DNA of 56,506 bases, filler included, from Sphacelaria rigidula (taxonomy: Eukaryota): assembly GCA_964200075.2 (NCBI GenBank). It is 5 parts of 5 records of this genome, joined end to end, with 100 filler letters (N's around TTAATTAATTAA, not from the genome) between each part and the next. Parts side by side here need not be neighbours in the genome. Positions count along the whole stretch, not along the records: positions 11,323 to 22,544 come from CAXNAA020005216.1; positions 22,645 to 33,866 come from CAXNAA020005217.1; 3 more parts are not named here. One strand, given 5' to 3'. Positions 11,323-24,395 of the stretch are shown piece after piece. Every line of letters begins with the position of its first letter. Position 1 is the stretch's first letter. The notes beneath the pieces are model-generated. The model was not told the DNA's origin. It searched no databases and worked only from the letters and a program-made list of their open reading frames with translations. The position numbers and the translations under genes are program-made.

Positions 11323-14300
11323 CTTTGACAGTAGGATTCTACTATCCGGAAACTTGACACGTAACCTCAGGATTTCATTCAGTAGTTTTGGGAGTGCCTC
11401 TCCGCAGAGGCATTGCGGCACCTCGTCCACAATCGTGTCCCGGTCGAGGCCGCCTTTTTCTCCCTTCGGTCCGTGGGGGACAGACGAAAAATCGTTGATA
11501 ATCCTGACTTTTTTTCAAACACAAGGCAACTTCTCCCAGACTTGAGGCATGTCTTCTTCGATACTGCGGTGATCACCGTATTTCAGTGCTCCTCGAAGAT
11601 CGGGAACGCTAGACGATGCGTTCATTGGGACTCCGTACTCAACCATGTGTAGGAGTTCTCGTATCCAAGGGAAGTGTTTGGTTTCCGAAATACTCGTGGA
11701 CGTCTCTCAGGTTCATCGGCGGTGACACCAAAGATCGGCGGTGACACCAAAGTGCCGCCGAGTCCCTTCGCTACATCTCCGATTCTTCCGTGGTTAAGTC
11801 GGACGAGACTCGTGCAGGTGGCGGCTAGGTCTGTGATGGTGCGTTTCATTTCTGTTAGGTCTATGTGTGTATTCGAGACTTCTTGCTGTTACTGTTTCCA
11901 CCGGGTATTGAGGTTTTTGCTTGGGTGGTCTGTGTGTCCGGTTGGGCTTCGGTGGCGTGTGGTCCCAGCTGGAGGTGAATTTTTCACCGACCCGAAATTT
12001 CGCCTACCGATGATCTCCTTACTATCGGTGTTGTTATTTTTCTCTGCGGGCTTCTCACTCATCAACGAGTGCGAGCCGTTGTCTGGGGCTACCTGTGTGT
12101 AACTATTGGTCAACGGTTTTGTGTTGGTGCACCGGGTGCTGTTTTGAACTCGTGCACGCTTTCCGCTCGTCAACATGGACGTGCCGTTGTCCAGGGTTCC
12201 CTCGGAACTGCCAGACAATCTTCTTCTGCACCTCTATGTTCCTTTGCTCCCCTCAAGTCACTGGTTATTGAGTTTGCACGCTTTGCGCTCGTCAACATGG
12301 ACGTGCCGTTGTTCAGGGTTCCTTCGGAACTGCCGAACGCCGGATCTTCTTCTGCACTGGGTGTGATTCGAATTTCACGGGGAGCATGAGTTCTGTTATT
12401 GTCTGATCTACCGACGTTCAGGGTTACCTGTGCGTAACTGCCGACCGCCGGGTCTTCATCTGAGCGATGATAGTTGGTTCGAACTCTTGCATGCTTTCCG
12501 CTCGTCAACATGGACGTGCCGTTATCCAGGGTTCCCTCGGAACTGCCAGACAACGGGTCTTCTTCTGCACCTCTATGTTCCTTTGCTCCCCTCAAGTTAC
12601 TGGTTATCGAGTTTGCACGCTTTGCGCTTGTCAACATGGACGTGCCGTTGTTCAGGTTTCCTTCGGAACTGCCGAACGCCGGATCTTCTTCTGCACTGGG
12701 TGTGATTCGAATTTCACGGGGAGCATGAGTTCTGTTAATGTCTGATCTACCGACGTTCAGGGTTACCTGTGCGTAACTGCCGACCGCCGGATCTGCTTCT
12801 ACACGTCTCCTGTCTGCGGGGATGTGCGAAGTGGTGTTTGCGTGTACTACTGTTGTTTTCGTTAGTCATGGACGGGCGAATTACCTGATCGTGTTGCTGA
12901 CTTACCTGTGCGCGCTTGTGCTTTCCGTTGTACCTCAATGTCGACCGGTTACAGTGATAGTGCGGGCCGTTGATCGCGTGTTTGTTGATTTTCGTGTCAT
13001 TGCACGGGGCGGTGGTCTCTTGTCGGTTGTGGGAAATGCGGAAAAGGACTACATGGTCTACCGCTGTGACGTGCATATGGGTTGTTACGTGCGTTGGTAC
13101 TTCTGCTCTCACTGAGAAAGAAGCTTGCCGCCACCGACCCCGGTTAAGGGGCCTGGGCGATACCCACCGACCTCGCTGAGTCCATGACCGGTGCTCCTCC
13201 TCCCCTCAGACTGGTAGGCCCCGCCGACTGGCGGAGCCCGCACCCTCAGGTGCCCCGCCCAGCTCCGCCATTTCCGCCGAAGCTGTAGGAAAAACGCGCC
13301 ACTGTACTCGCTGCGGCCGTCGGTGCCGCTGGCGCTGGTGGTTTTGCCTTCGCCGCCGTCGGGGCTGTTGGAGTTATCTGGAACGCCGCTGGCGGCTGGA
13401 GGGGAGGGCCTCCGACGGCTTCGTGCTTGCTGGTGTGATCCGCGAGGCGGCATCCGCGCCCCCGTGGGCATGTGAGCCCCCTGCCAAGCTCGTAAGCAGA
13501 CGCCCGCCGGCGGGGGCCATGACGCCAGTTCCGTGTTGAAGTCGGTGTTCGGCGGCGTGAGGTGTTGCCACTGGAGCGGGTACGGCGGGGGTCGGGGAGC
13601 GACGCGTTTGATCGCGTTGCTCGTGCCCCCGTCGGGGAGTGCCTTTCGCTTGACGGCTGTCTTAAGGGCGGGCTGCGCGGGTGAGCCTGCTACCGCGAGC
13701 CCGAGGTTTTGGCGACCAATGAGACTGCTGGGGTGGCCGTCGGTGGTTAGCGTCTTCACACGTGTGAGCGATGGCACCGGGGCTGCGGGGCCCTGCCCGT
13801 TGGCGGGTGGGGCGACGGGAGACGCCATGCGTAGGTTCAGTCCCGCGTCCCTGCATTCTGTGAGCTACGCGTTGATGTCGTGGTTAAAGTCAGTGATTAT
13901 GCGGGTTTTGACGGCCGCCTTGTCTCTGTGTAGAGCGGCGCAATTTTTTCCCGTATACGCGTCCAGCGCCGACGCCATCCTCGTCAGCTCTCCTGTGATG
14001 AAGGCTCTCCTATCCCGCCCGCCGTCGTTGTCGGTGGTGCCGAAGTTGATGATGATGGTCAGCGCCTTGGTGAATGTTGTGACATGGACCTCAGCGCGCA
14101 ATGAGTTTTTTTTAATACCAGGCGGCACCGGGGAGTGGAAGTTGGTGACGTCTACGTCGGTCAACGTCTGGAGATTGCTCAGCATGCCCCGGTTGGTGTC
14201 GGCTACGTCGCGGCGTTTTAGTTCCAAGCTTTCGTCAGACATGGGAATGGAAATGGAGACCCCGCCCCTGAGGATGTGGAAGAGTGCCTTGTTTTCGTCC

Positions 14301-15260
14301 GAGAGCCAGCTGTTGATCTCCCGCTTCTCCTGCATTTCTTTGGCCTTCTTCGTACTGGTGGGGGCGGTGTTGGCCGCTCCCATTGCATGCATGAGTTGTT
14401 GGATCTGTCCCCCTCCCCCGCCACTGAGAACTTGAAGGAGTTGGTGGACCGGGGATTGCTGCTGTGCTTGGTGGTACTGCTGTGGTTGCTGTTGATGGAG
14501 TTGTTGTACGTGGTGCTGGTCAGGCTGCGGTTGCTGTTGTTGCTGCGGCGGCTGCGGCTATTGGTGTTGGTGCTGCGATTGTTGGTGCTGCTCGTGCTGC
14601 TGAGGTTGATGATCTTGCTGCTGCTGTTGCGGCTGGTGATGCGGTAGTGGCCCTCCGATGGGTGGCGGCAGTGGGACGTTGGGTGCAAGCAGGGAGGTCC
14701 CGTTTACTCTTGCCCCCGCTATGTGCTGTTGCTGTGCGGCGCTCGCCGGCTGCCGGCCGACCCCGCCTTGTACGGCCCCGCCTTGCGGTTGTGGTTGTCC
14801 GTACTGGAGAAGATGTACCTGCTGTTGAAGGTTCGAGATTGCCTGCCGCTGTTGCTGCTATCTGTGAAGATTTTGCTGGTGTTGCTGTTCCATGTTGATG
14901 TTTGTTTTCGCCTGTGCCTGCAGGATTTGAGCTAGAATGTCTGATGGCTGACTTGGACCAGGTAGGGGTCCGAGTGGCGGTCGGGGGGGGTGCAGGTGCG
15001 TCAATGTTCAACTGGCCTGCACTACCTTGCGGGCGGACATGTTGGTTGACGGAGATCGGGTTGCTGTGCGTGCTTCCGGCTTTTGGTGCCGAGGCTCGGC
15101 TTGGTTCCCGTCCTGGGGCCCTTTCCTCTTTTTCTCCTGCCGTTGCTCGAGCTCCTGATGTGCTGTGAGGGTGTTGGCCTTGGCTTTGCGAAGCTGCTCC
15201 TGCCGCTGCTGCTGCTGCTCCCGATGCTGATGTGTTGTCCATTGAAAAGATCGATCAAGT
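11323..15260 (-). mobile_element. Decayed DIRS/Ngaro-like (tyrosine-recombinase class) retrotransposon: gag-like ORF and N-terminal part of RT, cut by the contig end
   Basis: Broken ORF from ATG 15242 through a Q-rich tract to a CCCH finger (VCLRAWQGLTCPRGRGCRLADH after removing one G at ~13480). Downstream frames read KHFPWIRELLHMVEYGVP...YGDHRS, KVRIINDFS, and EVPQCLCGEALPKLLNEILRLRVKFPDSRILLSK, resembling the DIRS-type RT lead-in to motif A. Stops at ~14558 and 13865; 19-bp duplication at 11715-11752. The YR domain itself is not in this block. Confidence 0.75.
12150..12795. repeat. Higher-order tandem repeat (2 x ~339 bp, each with two related subunits) inside the retroelement
   Basis: gtcaacatggacgtgccgtt occurs at ~12169, ~12291, ~12504 and ~12630; period 339 between the second and fourth. 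Confidence 0.9.
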
Positions 15261-15818
15261 ACAAGGGACTACTGTACTATTGAGACTGCTGGCGTGTCGC
15301 TGACTGGTCAACTGGTCTCGAGTGATACTGTCTGCTTCTTTGGTGCTCTTGTACCAGACCAGTCTCGCCCGCTTGAAGCAACTCTGCGGCGTTTGCGCCT
15401 TGGACACGCGATCCCTTATATCTTATTTCAACTTCGGCATACACCATAGTACATCCCTTATAGTTCGTCATCCACCAACACAAACATTGTATTCATACTG
15501 AATACACACATTCTTTCCACAGTATATGGAACCACACATGTAGTAGCACGTCACCTCTTGTCGTCATCGACGGTTTCGGATCAACCGCAGACGTCTTCGA
15601 GCTCGTACGCACTCTGCACTCAGGACAGTCCCGGATGAATTTTGACAGCTCCGCAGCTAGTACTGTCTGACTGTTAGCCTGTCTGTGTGTCTCTTTGTCT
15701 GTCCGCACGTATTATCACCCCCTCCACCCCCNNNNNNNNNNGGTGGCCGATGCTTTGGCAAATCGTTTTTTCACTGCATTTGTCATTTCTGCAGATACAG
15801 ACTGGAAAACAACTGTCG

Positions 15819-15825
15819 CCCCCCC

Positions 15826-15872
<47 letters not shown>

Positions 15873-15896
15873 ACACACACACACACACACACACTC
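15819..15896. repeat. Compound microsatellite (C)n(CT)n(CA)n
   Basis: Directly visible. Confidence 0.97.
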
Positions 15897-17333
15897 TTAG
15901 ACGCACTGTCATTGGCAAATCTTTCCAGCTCATTTTTTCGAGCTAACGTGCGTTATCAACAGCTGTATTATTTGATGGAGTGGGGTAGGTTGACGCTCAC
16001 GACCCTTTGTCACAGGGAAACGTAATCATCTCATGTTCATTGATCTGGCTCAATCTAAGGCTTTAACGGTGAATATAATACAATTTCGCTGGCCAGACTT
16101 TCCACGGACCTTCGCTCGGCTTTCGCGACGAGGCAGTTGCGCAGCTTTGTTGTAAGATCAGGGAAGGTTAGCTCATGCTTGAAGTCGGCAGCTGGTCCCG
16201 TCAGCTGGTCCCGTCTTGTATCATTTTAGATCGATGTACACACTCGATACCCGCGGTCGAAAGTCCAATGTAGTCTGAGGAACCTGAATTTCGCTCTGGA
16301 GACACGGAGGTTCCTGCAGCTCACGTGTAGATCCTTGGGTCTGCGTTTCTGTTGTGGGACTAACACTCGGAGCTGAGGAGAGCTGCTGTGGTGGTAGCAG
16401 AGGATATCTCGTTGTAGAAGGGTGTAGGTTTAGGAGGAGAGTAGTCAAAACTTGAGCCGTGTAGAGGTTTATATGTCTTTCAGTAGCACCTAGTCTTCTT
16501 GCAGGAAACCAAAGCCCAGTTGTTGTGGGGATGGTGAGAACTGAAAGGGGGTGGGGCGTGCCCAAACCTCTGCACGACCCACTCCAACACCACGAGAAGA
16601 TGCACCGCACCTGGTCGTCACATTCTATCCGCTATGTCGGCAGCTCCTGGCTACTCTATTCGTCCCCCAACCGTCCGTAAGCATCCAATCAAGACACCTC
16701 TGGCCAAAGGATACCCCCAAGACTCTTGCCACTCTCGCATCCACATCAACACGGTCTGTGTAATACTCCTGCATCACCCTGTCTGTGTCAACATCAAACC
16801 TTTCTGTGTCAACCCTGTACAAACTGTCAAAGCCTTCCCAGTGCGGTGCTGCAGTCATACTCCAGTATACCTCTGATAACACCCCTTTTACTCACATCAC
16901 TGTTATTTACCGGCTATGTTCTCATCTAATGATCCACTGAAATCTGAGGTCACCACAGTAGTTGAATAGTCACGAAATGGTTTGTACAGCCTACGTTCCC
17001 GAATCATGAGACGAATGCTCACTAGGGCGTCGGAGTCAGCAGTGAGTGACCGTCGAGTGGACGTTTGAAAGGTGCCAGCTCTCATTATTTTGGTCACTAG
17101 ATGTTTTAATTATGTCTTCTTTTCGAATCATCGTCGAGTTGGAAAGCCGAGTGCCACCCCGTGAAGTCGGAATGGCCACCTGCGTCTTCGAGTGATTCAG
17201 ATATCCAGTAATGCTGGATCTACGTAGAACCGGGGGTCGGGGTGACGTACGAGTACCGACAGTCAAGTGTGTGCAAATGTGGTACAGTACAGTTGAGAGC
17301 AGCGGAGCAGTCCGCCCCCCCCTTGATCATTCT

Positions 17334-17407
17334 GCTCCGTCTCGAAAGGGATGCGTGGTCAATGGTCAGACGACTAAGGCAAGCAACACATGAGAACGCC
17401 CCCCCCC
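17334..17407 (+). mobile_element. Very short 3' end of a LINE (family also at 28195, 28270 and 49354), with C tail and probable TSD
   Basis: gctccgtctcgaaagggatgcgtggtcaatggtcagacgactaaggcaagcaac; flanked by C8-ttgatcattct and C9-tggaacattct. Confidence 0.7.
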
Positions 17408-17554
17408 TGGAACATTCTCAATTTCATCTACCTCCATCTCATCAGCACTCTCCCAAGTTATAGTAGAACTTGGGTGCTCTTCAATAAAAGATCTGAAATC
17501 ATTACCCTGTGCGTGAGCCAAGGAATACACTAGTGATCAATCGATTGGGCAAGT

Positions 17555-20500
17555 ATGGCTAAGAACGATGGTAACGCTCCGTCTTCAGAAGAAAGGTTAG
17601 ACGGGCTGACGAATCAACTCGAAAGTATGATGAGTCTGTTCAGTGGTCAGTTTAGCACACTGACAGAGATGGTTCGAGATGTACAATCTACACAAACTGT
17701 AATACAGGGTAGTGTAGATGGCGTCGAAGATCGAGAATCCGGAGGTGCGAGGTAGAGTGGCGTCGTCGAAAGCGAAGAAGATCAAGCAACACAACAATAC
17801 CAGACTGACAGCGCAGCCAACCACAGCACACCTCAAGGCCGAAGACGGAGCCGAGAGGGTGAGCAGGGAGCTCCGAGCGGGAGCGACCCCAGGACAAGAA
17901 GCGACGGAGCAAGGGGTGCAGACCCCGCAAGTGAGTCCGTCGCAGTGTTCGGTCACGATGGACCAAGTGTCCCAAATATTTCCGGGGTCCCGGTTTTCAA
18001 GGCAGCTGTACCTAAATTCTCTGGAAAGAGTTCAGAGTTCAACCACTACAGTCACGAACTGATCATGTTTGCAAGAAGTGAAGCAGTTGATTGGGTGTTC
18101 ACTATGTCAGAAAATAGGGCATACGATGTGGAGGTGGGAAACAAGGCGTTATCCTTGAGTTTTCTTGAAGCAAGGCACGGAAAGGGCACTGTAGCTGCAA
18201 ACGTGAGAGCGAGGCAAATGTTGGTGGCAAGTCTCGAACATAAGCGGGACCGGGATGTTTTGTTCCGAATCCCATCTCCGGCAGCCGTGTGGCGTGAGTT
18301 GAATGATTTCTACAGCCCCAAGACCAACGGAGCTAGATTAGCTCTTCTAGAAAAGTATGATCACGTGAAGATCGGAGTTCGCGATGATCCTGTTCAAAAC
18401 CTAATCGAGATGGAAGAGGTGGCGAGAGAATTACAATCACACGACAGCAACGTCGTCCTGACGGAGGCGCAAACCCTCCTAAAATTTGTCAATGCGCTTC
18501 CTTGCGAATATAACTACCAAAAACAGGCGTTGGAGGAGCGCGAAGGTCCACTCACGAGGGAAGTTGTAGTGACGTCGGTTCGGAAACGTTTTGAATCGGC
18601 ACTTTTCAAGCAGGAACTCGCCAAGGGAAATAAGGTTTCCCCGGGTGACCAGGTCCTTGCTGTCAAGGGCCATCCCGGTAAACCTTACGGTCCACACCGG
18701 AAAGGTAAGCCGGGAAAGACCCCAAAACCCAGGTCGCACAGGTGACGGGGGGCAGGGCAAAAACAACCAGTCGCAGGCTTCATCGTTAGAGAACCAGTCG
18801 GGGGCTGCGACGCCGTGGAGGTGCCACGTTTGTCAGAAGATGACCACACATCGGGCGAGAGACTGTCCAGACAGGCGTTGTGTTAGGTGCGGGAAGAGAG
18901 GACATAGTTTGATTGACTGTCAGAGTACCGTAGAGGACGCGGCGACTGTGGAGGACGCGGCGATTGTGATGGGCGTGGCGGAAGACGTGGTGGACGACGA
19001 CTCCGTCTGCTCGGATGCTGATGCAGAAGCGTTCACCAGCCTCGACATGACGATGGATGAGGTCAACCCAGGCGAGTATGCGTTTGCAAATGGTAAGGGG
19101 GGTGTAGTACAGTCAGATGGGGGCGAACCGTGGGTACTTGACACGGGGGCCACATCGCATTTTTCTCCAGATTCAAGTATGATGACGGATTATAGAAAAT
19201 GCAGTGGAAGGGTACTGCGGTGCGCGGGCGGTGGTACCTACCCGATCGTAGGAAGAGGTAACCTGGCTCTATATTTACGCTCTGACGGACGCGATATAGT
19301 CTTCCACTTGAAAAATGTAGACCCCGCATCTTGTGTCCATCACCATCTGTTGTGACTGACCAGGATGTCCAACGCGGGTCACACCTACATTGGGTCTAGT
19401 GATGGATTCCGAGTTGAGTTGAAATCAGGCAATACCCTGAAGATCCCCGGTCAACATAGACAACTAGTAATGTACGCCCACCGCATCTTTCCGAATGGTC
19501 ATGACAAGCATACGTCAGCATGGGCTGTGATTGCCCCGGGGAAACTTCCCAACCCCCAAGTGAGAGATATAAATGATTTCCATTGCAAACACGCGCATGT
19601 TCACGAGGACCTGCTCCGGCGGACCGCAAAGCAGCTCGGAGTGGAGCTGAGGGGCGAATTGAGACCGTGCCGAGGATGCTCGGAAGGAAAGGGACTTCGG
19701 CAGCCCATCCCAAGATCGACTCATACACGAGCAGTTGAGCCAGCTTCCAGAGTGTTTGTTGATCTCACAGGCCCAAAACCAGTTAGGTCTCGGGGAGGAA
19801 AGTCGTACATGATGATAGTACGCGATGATTGCTCGCGGCACACTAGATTGTTTTTTCTGCGCACAAAGGACGAGTCCGTACAGTACTTTAGTAAATACAT
19901 CGCAGAAATCCACCCGCGAAAAATCGAGAATTTCCGCAGTGATGGTGGAAGTGAATTTTCGGAGGGGGCGTTCTAGGAGCTATGTGATAGAGAGAAAATA
20001 AAACAAGAGAAAACAACTGCTGTCTCCCCACAGTTCAACAGCGTAGCGGAGCGCGCGATTGGCATCATAGAGGCGGCCGGCCTTGCAGCCAAAATTCAGG
20101 CATCGGAGATGTACCTGAACCAGAACATCCCAACTAGCAAAATTCTGTGGGCGGAACAGGCTAACTGGGCATGCCATGCTTTGAACTGTACTGCGACCTC
20201 GGTTGTCCCGGAAACCTAAACGCCACACGAAATGTGGCACGGAGTACCACCGGAAAACAACCTCCTTCCTTTTCTGAAGCCAGGATTTTGTAGAGTCCAG
20301 AGAACAGACAAGTTACAACGAAAAGCTCAGAGGTGCTGGTACCTTAGCCCAGCCCCAGGATACCCGCGCGATACTATGAGAGTGATGACGGAAGCAGGAC
20401 AAACTATTACGACCAGGCACGTAACATGGGCGTATGTCCCCCCTACTCCTCTCCCTGCCCCACAGCAAGCGATCCCGACGCCCGACAGAGCGAGGGATGA

Positions 20501-22544
20501 CAAGATCGAGGGAGGGAAGGCCGGCAGCGAGTCCGCGGAACGGGAAACTCCGGCGGCACGTGCTACACCCCGCGGTTCACGGCACGTGTCGTTCTTGCTC
20601 CCCAACCCAGAGCTAGACGCAGAAGCGGCACAACAGACCCCCGCTATTGGCGAGGGGGGTGAGATGACCTCGCTGCTTCCTTTCAGAAGCGGGGGGAGCG
20701 CGGGATTTTACGCAACCCTGTCCGACATCTCATTGATGACGGGGGATCAGCGCCCCCCACATCGCCGCCGACAGCCATATCGCCGCCGACAGCAACATCG
20801 CCGCCGCCGACGCCGACAGAAACAACGCCGCCGCCAACGCCGACAGCAACAACACCGACAACCGTAGACACCCCCGAGCGCAACGACGGGGGGGCGGTGG
20901 AGCTCCCGAAATCCCAAGGACGGAGCTACGCCGTCTTGCACTCGACGATGAATTGTCTCTGCCTCCACAAATGGCAGGTCGCACGCGCAGCGCGACGAGA
21001 CCGGCAGCCGACCAAAACGAGCTAGCATCGGCGGCAGAGGATGAACTGGACAGAATGATGGCGAGGGAAAGAAACGAGATTTTCCTTCGCGCGCTGCGAG
21101 GCCAGGCGAGAGCTCAAGTGAAGACTGTGCTGTATGGAATGGCAGAGGATAAGTGCGAGATGACGGAGCTGATCACTGCAGCAGCCGGACCAGAGGTGGG
21201 AGGCAGCGCGGCTATGCTGATCGAAGAGACCTTTGCGGAGCAGGACTTTTGTTTTTCAGCCGAAAACGGGACGGAGGAGGAGCCCAGTTTTGGTTTGCGT
21301 TCTCCCGTCGGTCTGCACGTGAGAGATGTGGAAACTCCCCCCGTAACAGTAGAAGACATAGAAAAGTCGGAATACAAGGAAATATGGTTGAGTGCCATGC
21401 GTGCAGAACTGAATGGGCATGAAACCGCCGGTACATTCTCAAAGGGAAAAATTCCAAAAGTAAACATAATCACAGCCAAATGGGTGTTCACTTGGAAAAC
21501 CGACGCTAATGGTACTGTAGCTAAAGCGAAAGCTAGATTAGTGGCGCGTGGGTTTGGTCAGAGATTCGCGGTGGATTATTTTGAGACGTTTGCAGCCACC
21601 CCGGCCGTGACATCAATAAAATTGGTCATGGCCGTGGCAGTACAGAGAGAATGGCCACTCTATCACCTCGACGTTACCCAGGCTTTTGTACGAGCCAAAA
21701 TGGACACGAACGTGTTCATGAAGCTCCCAAAAGGTTGTGGCCCCCTGACAGGTAGCACGGTTAGGCTGGAAAAATCTATATACGGAGTAAAACGAGCAGG
21801 AAGGCAACGGTCCCTCCTCCTGAGCAAACCACTGATGGAGGATGTAAAAATGGCGCAAAGTAAGGCTGACCCGTGTGTGTACAGACTGGAGGAAAGGGGG
21901 GAAGTGTGTGTAATACTTGTTGTGCACGTGGACAACATTCTAATCGGGGGAGAAACGAAAAGAGTGGAGACGGTATGTAATATCCTCAACAACAGATTCC
22001 CGACGAACAACTTGGGTGAAGCCCAGTGGTATATGGGGTGTGTCATAGAGAGGAATTGGAAAAGAGGTACCATGCTCGTGAATCAGACGACCTTTGTCGA
22101 CACCATGCTGAAGCGTTTCGAGGTTACGGAATTCTCTGATATTCCCGCATCGGTGTCTGCAGATTCGGGACCGGTGAAGCAAGGTGACAAGGTTTTAGAT
22201 AGACCATACCGGAGTGCCGTGGGAGGTTTGATGTGGTTAGCTGGGGTAACCAGGCCTGACAGCAAATGCAGCCCGAGACGTGGCCCGACAATCACATGAC
22301 TCATGTGAAAGACACTGGCGAGAGGTGTTAAAAGTTCTGGCGTACCTCAACACGACCAGAAACTACGGTCTTACTTCTAGTTCAGGGGAGAGTAGGCTCA
22401 CAGTTTATTGTGATGCAGATTACGCGAAGAAAGATACAGACCGGCGGTCAGTTTCCGGTGTAGCTGTCATGTACGGGGGAATAGCAGTATCAAGTACTAG
22501 TCGAACGCAACACTGCGTTACCCTGTCAACCACCGAGGCCGAGT
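17555..22544 (+). mobile_element. Ty1/copia LTR retrotransposon gag-pol, pseudogenised and 3'-truncated by the contig end
   Basis: Copia domain order: gag (PKFSG...), Zn knuckles CHVCQKMTTHRARDC and CVRCGKRGHSLIDC, protease WVLDTGATSH, HHCC region, integrase VFVDLTGP/VRDDCSR/RSDGGSEF, RT KARLVARGF...LDVTQAF...VHVDN, RNase H YCDAD...RRSVSG...TLSTTEAE. In-frame stops at 17753, 19353, 19974 and ~20218 plus several frameshifts. Confidence 0.96.
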
Positions 22545-22644
22545 NNNNNNNNNNNNNNNNNNNNNNNNNNNNNNNNNNNNNNNNNNNNTTAATTAATTAA
22601 NNNNNNNNNNNNNNNNNNNNNNNNNNNNNNNNNNNNNNNNNNNN
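22545..22644. other. Artificial contig spacer
   Basis: N44-TTAATTAATTAA-N44. Confidence 0.98.
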
Positions 22645-24395
22645 CAGTTTTCCGTACGTGTTGCTTGGGTTGTAGTCCGTCGGTCACGACGTTCAAGCGC
22701 TGGTCTGGAAGGGACATGGGTGCAACGACAACGATCGGAGGAAGACACCGATTGTACAGTCTGCGCCGTTCGCTTCAAGCGTTTTTGCTTCAATACGGAA
22801 TCCGGTCGGTGTCCATCTCCGTTTCCGAGCCGCAAATTACAGATCCGGCAACGGTCTGATGTTGTCTCCGCAAGATGCCGTTCGGGCTGGTGTGTCGGCA
22901 AGATGTTCACCCATGTTCGTTGGATCTTTGTGAGCTCCGGCACACAAGCGACTTGTATGCATCGCTGGATCTCCCGGGTCTTCGGACCGACTAACAGGGG
23001 GGCTACGCTCTTCTGGTCGTTGGGTTTCGGTCTTTTTTTATGGGGTATAATTTTACCGAAAATGGCTATGTTTTTATTACTGCTCGGCGTAGCTTGTGCT
23101 GAGACGGCGGTACGGTCACCACTTCACAAAAATGGGTCACCACTTCACAGAACAGGGTCAACAGGGAAGCAGTAAAGGGTAGATATAACTTTTGAGCAGA
23201 GAGCAGGGTGTACCCTCCTTGTTTACTTACACAAAAGGGTACTCTCACAGGCTCTTATTTTCGGCGCGGTAGTTCAGCCCAGTCACCCTTGTGAAGATGA
23301 AACAAAAATAGACAGATATGCTGCCCAGACACCTTGGGCGTGGGGCTGAGGTGCTGGAACGTGTTTTCGAGGTGTTCAGCCAAGCGTGCAGCGCCGCGCC
23401 CCAAAGCGAAAAAGCGTAACCCTTTTTTGTTCCAAAAGCACCAGGGCGTACCCTTTGTTGTGTATTGCCCTCGTGAAAGTACCCAAAGCACGTGCATGGC
23501 AAATAAATTGCCCAAGCCCTTTTCTTGTGGTGATCACATTTGCGAGTGACCAGGTCATGCTGAATAGGATGTCGAAGCGCTTTTTGTATAGAGTTTACGC
23601 ATTTTGCTCGCCCTTACGAAGAAAACAATTTTGTTCGGTTTTACGCATAGCCGATGACTTGTGACTTGCCCGGAACTCAAGGCGTTTTTGTTTCACGCAC
23701 CCATGGTCCTATTCCGGTTCGAAATCAGTCATATAACCTTTCACCATCGCCGTCCGGTTCAGAGCTGGCCATGTGAGAATTGTACCAGGTTCCTGGACTG
23801 CTCATGCGACTGCTTGACCTGCACTCGGTACGCCTTGGGATACTGTCGAGAGGTTGTGGCCGGAACCATGGGTCAGTGAAACGTAAAAGTGCGCAAGTCT
23901 CCTCTCAGAGAGGGAATGCATAACATACCAACACCCCGTTACGAGCTACTCCAGGCTACTAGCGGATCTGAAGGTTGCAGGCGTATTCTCACCGGAACTT
24001 TGAGAATTGGACTTTCAAATTTGGTATGGAGAATTGCTAATGCGTAGTGCAAGAAACAACATTGGGTCATCGTGGTTTTCGTTTCATGAGTCACGCGCAA
24101 AAAACAAGATCCAGTTTTCTCCTGAAACGTCCCCAGGTTCTGGAAAAGGATGAAAATCTAGAGGACCTGAAGAGTCGTTTTTTATGATGCCCTAGCGATT
24201 CCCTACACCAGACGTGAAAAGTTCAACTCTCGGAAATGAGGCGAGACGGGGTAGTTTGGGCCCTGGGGTGGCCGGGATTTGTAACAGTATTATGCCAATC
24301 ATAAAACAGCCCAGTTTTGAGAACTTATGCTTTATAACTGTGTGGAAAATCACGGGGGCACAAGAGAAAATACTCGAGACATGGTGATTTTTCCT

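Noticed and set aside
13533..14435. 300-aa plus-strand ORF and the Leu/Val-rich ORFs at 14276-14898
   Set aside because: Antisense to the gag-like ORF and poly-Q tract; no independent motifs.
16220..17300. Possible LTR or terminal repeat for either retroelement
   Set aside because: No second copy in the window and no clear TG...CA ends or PBS.
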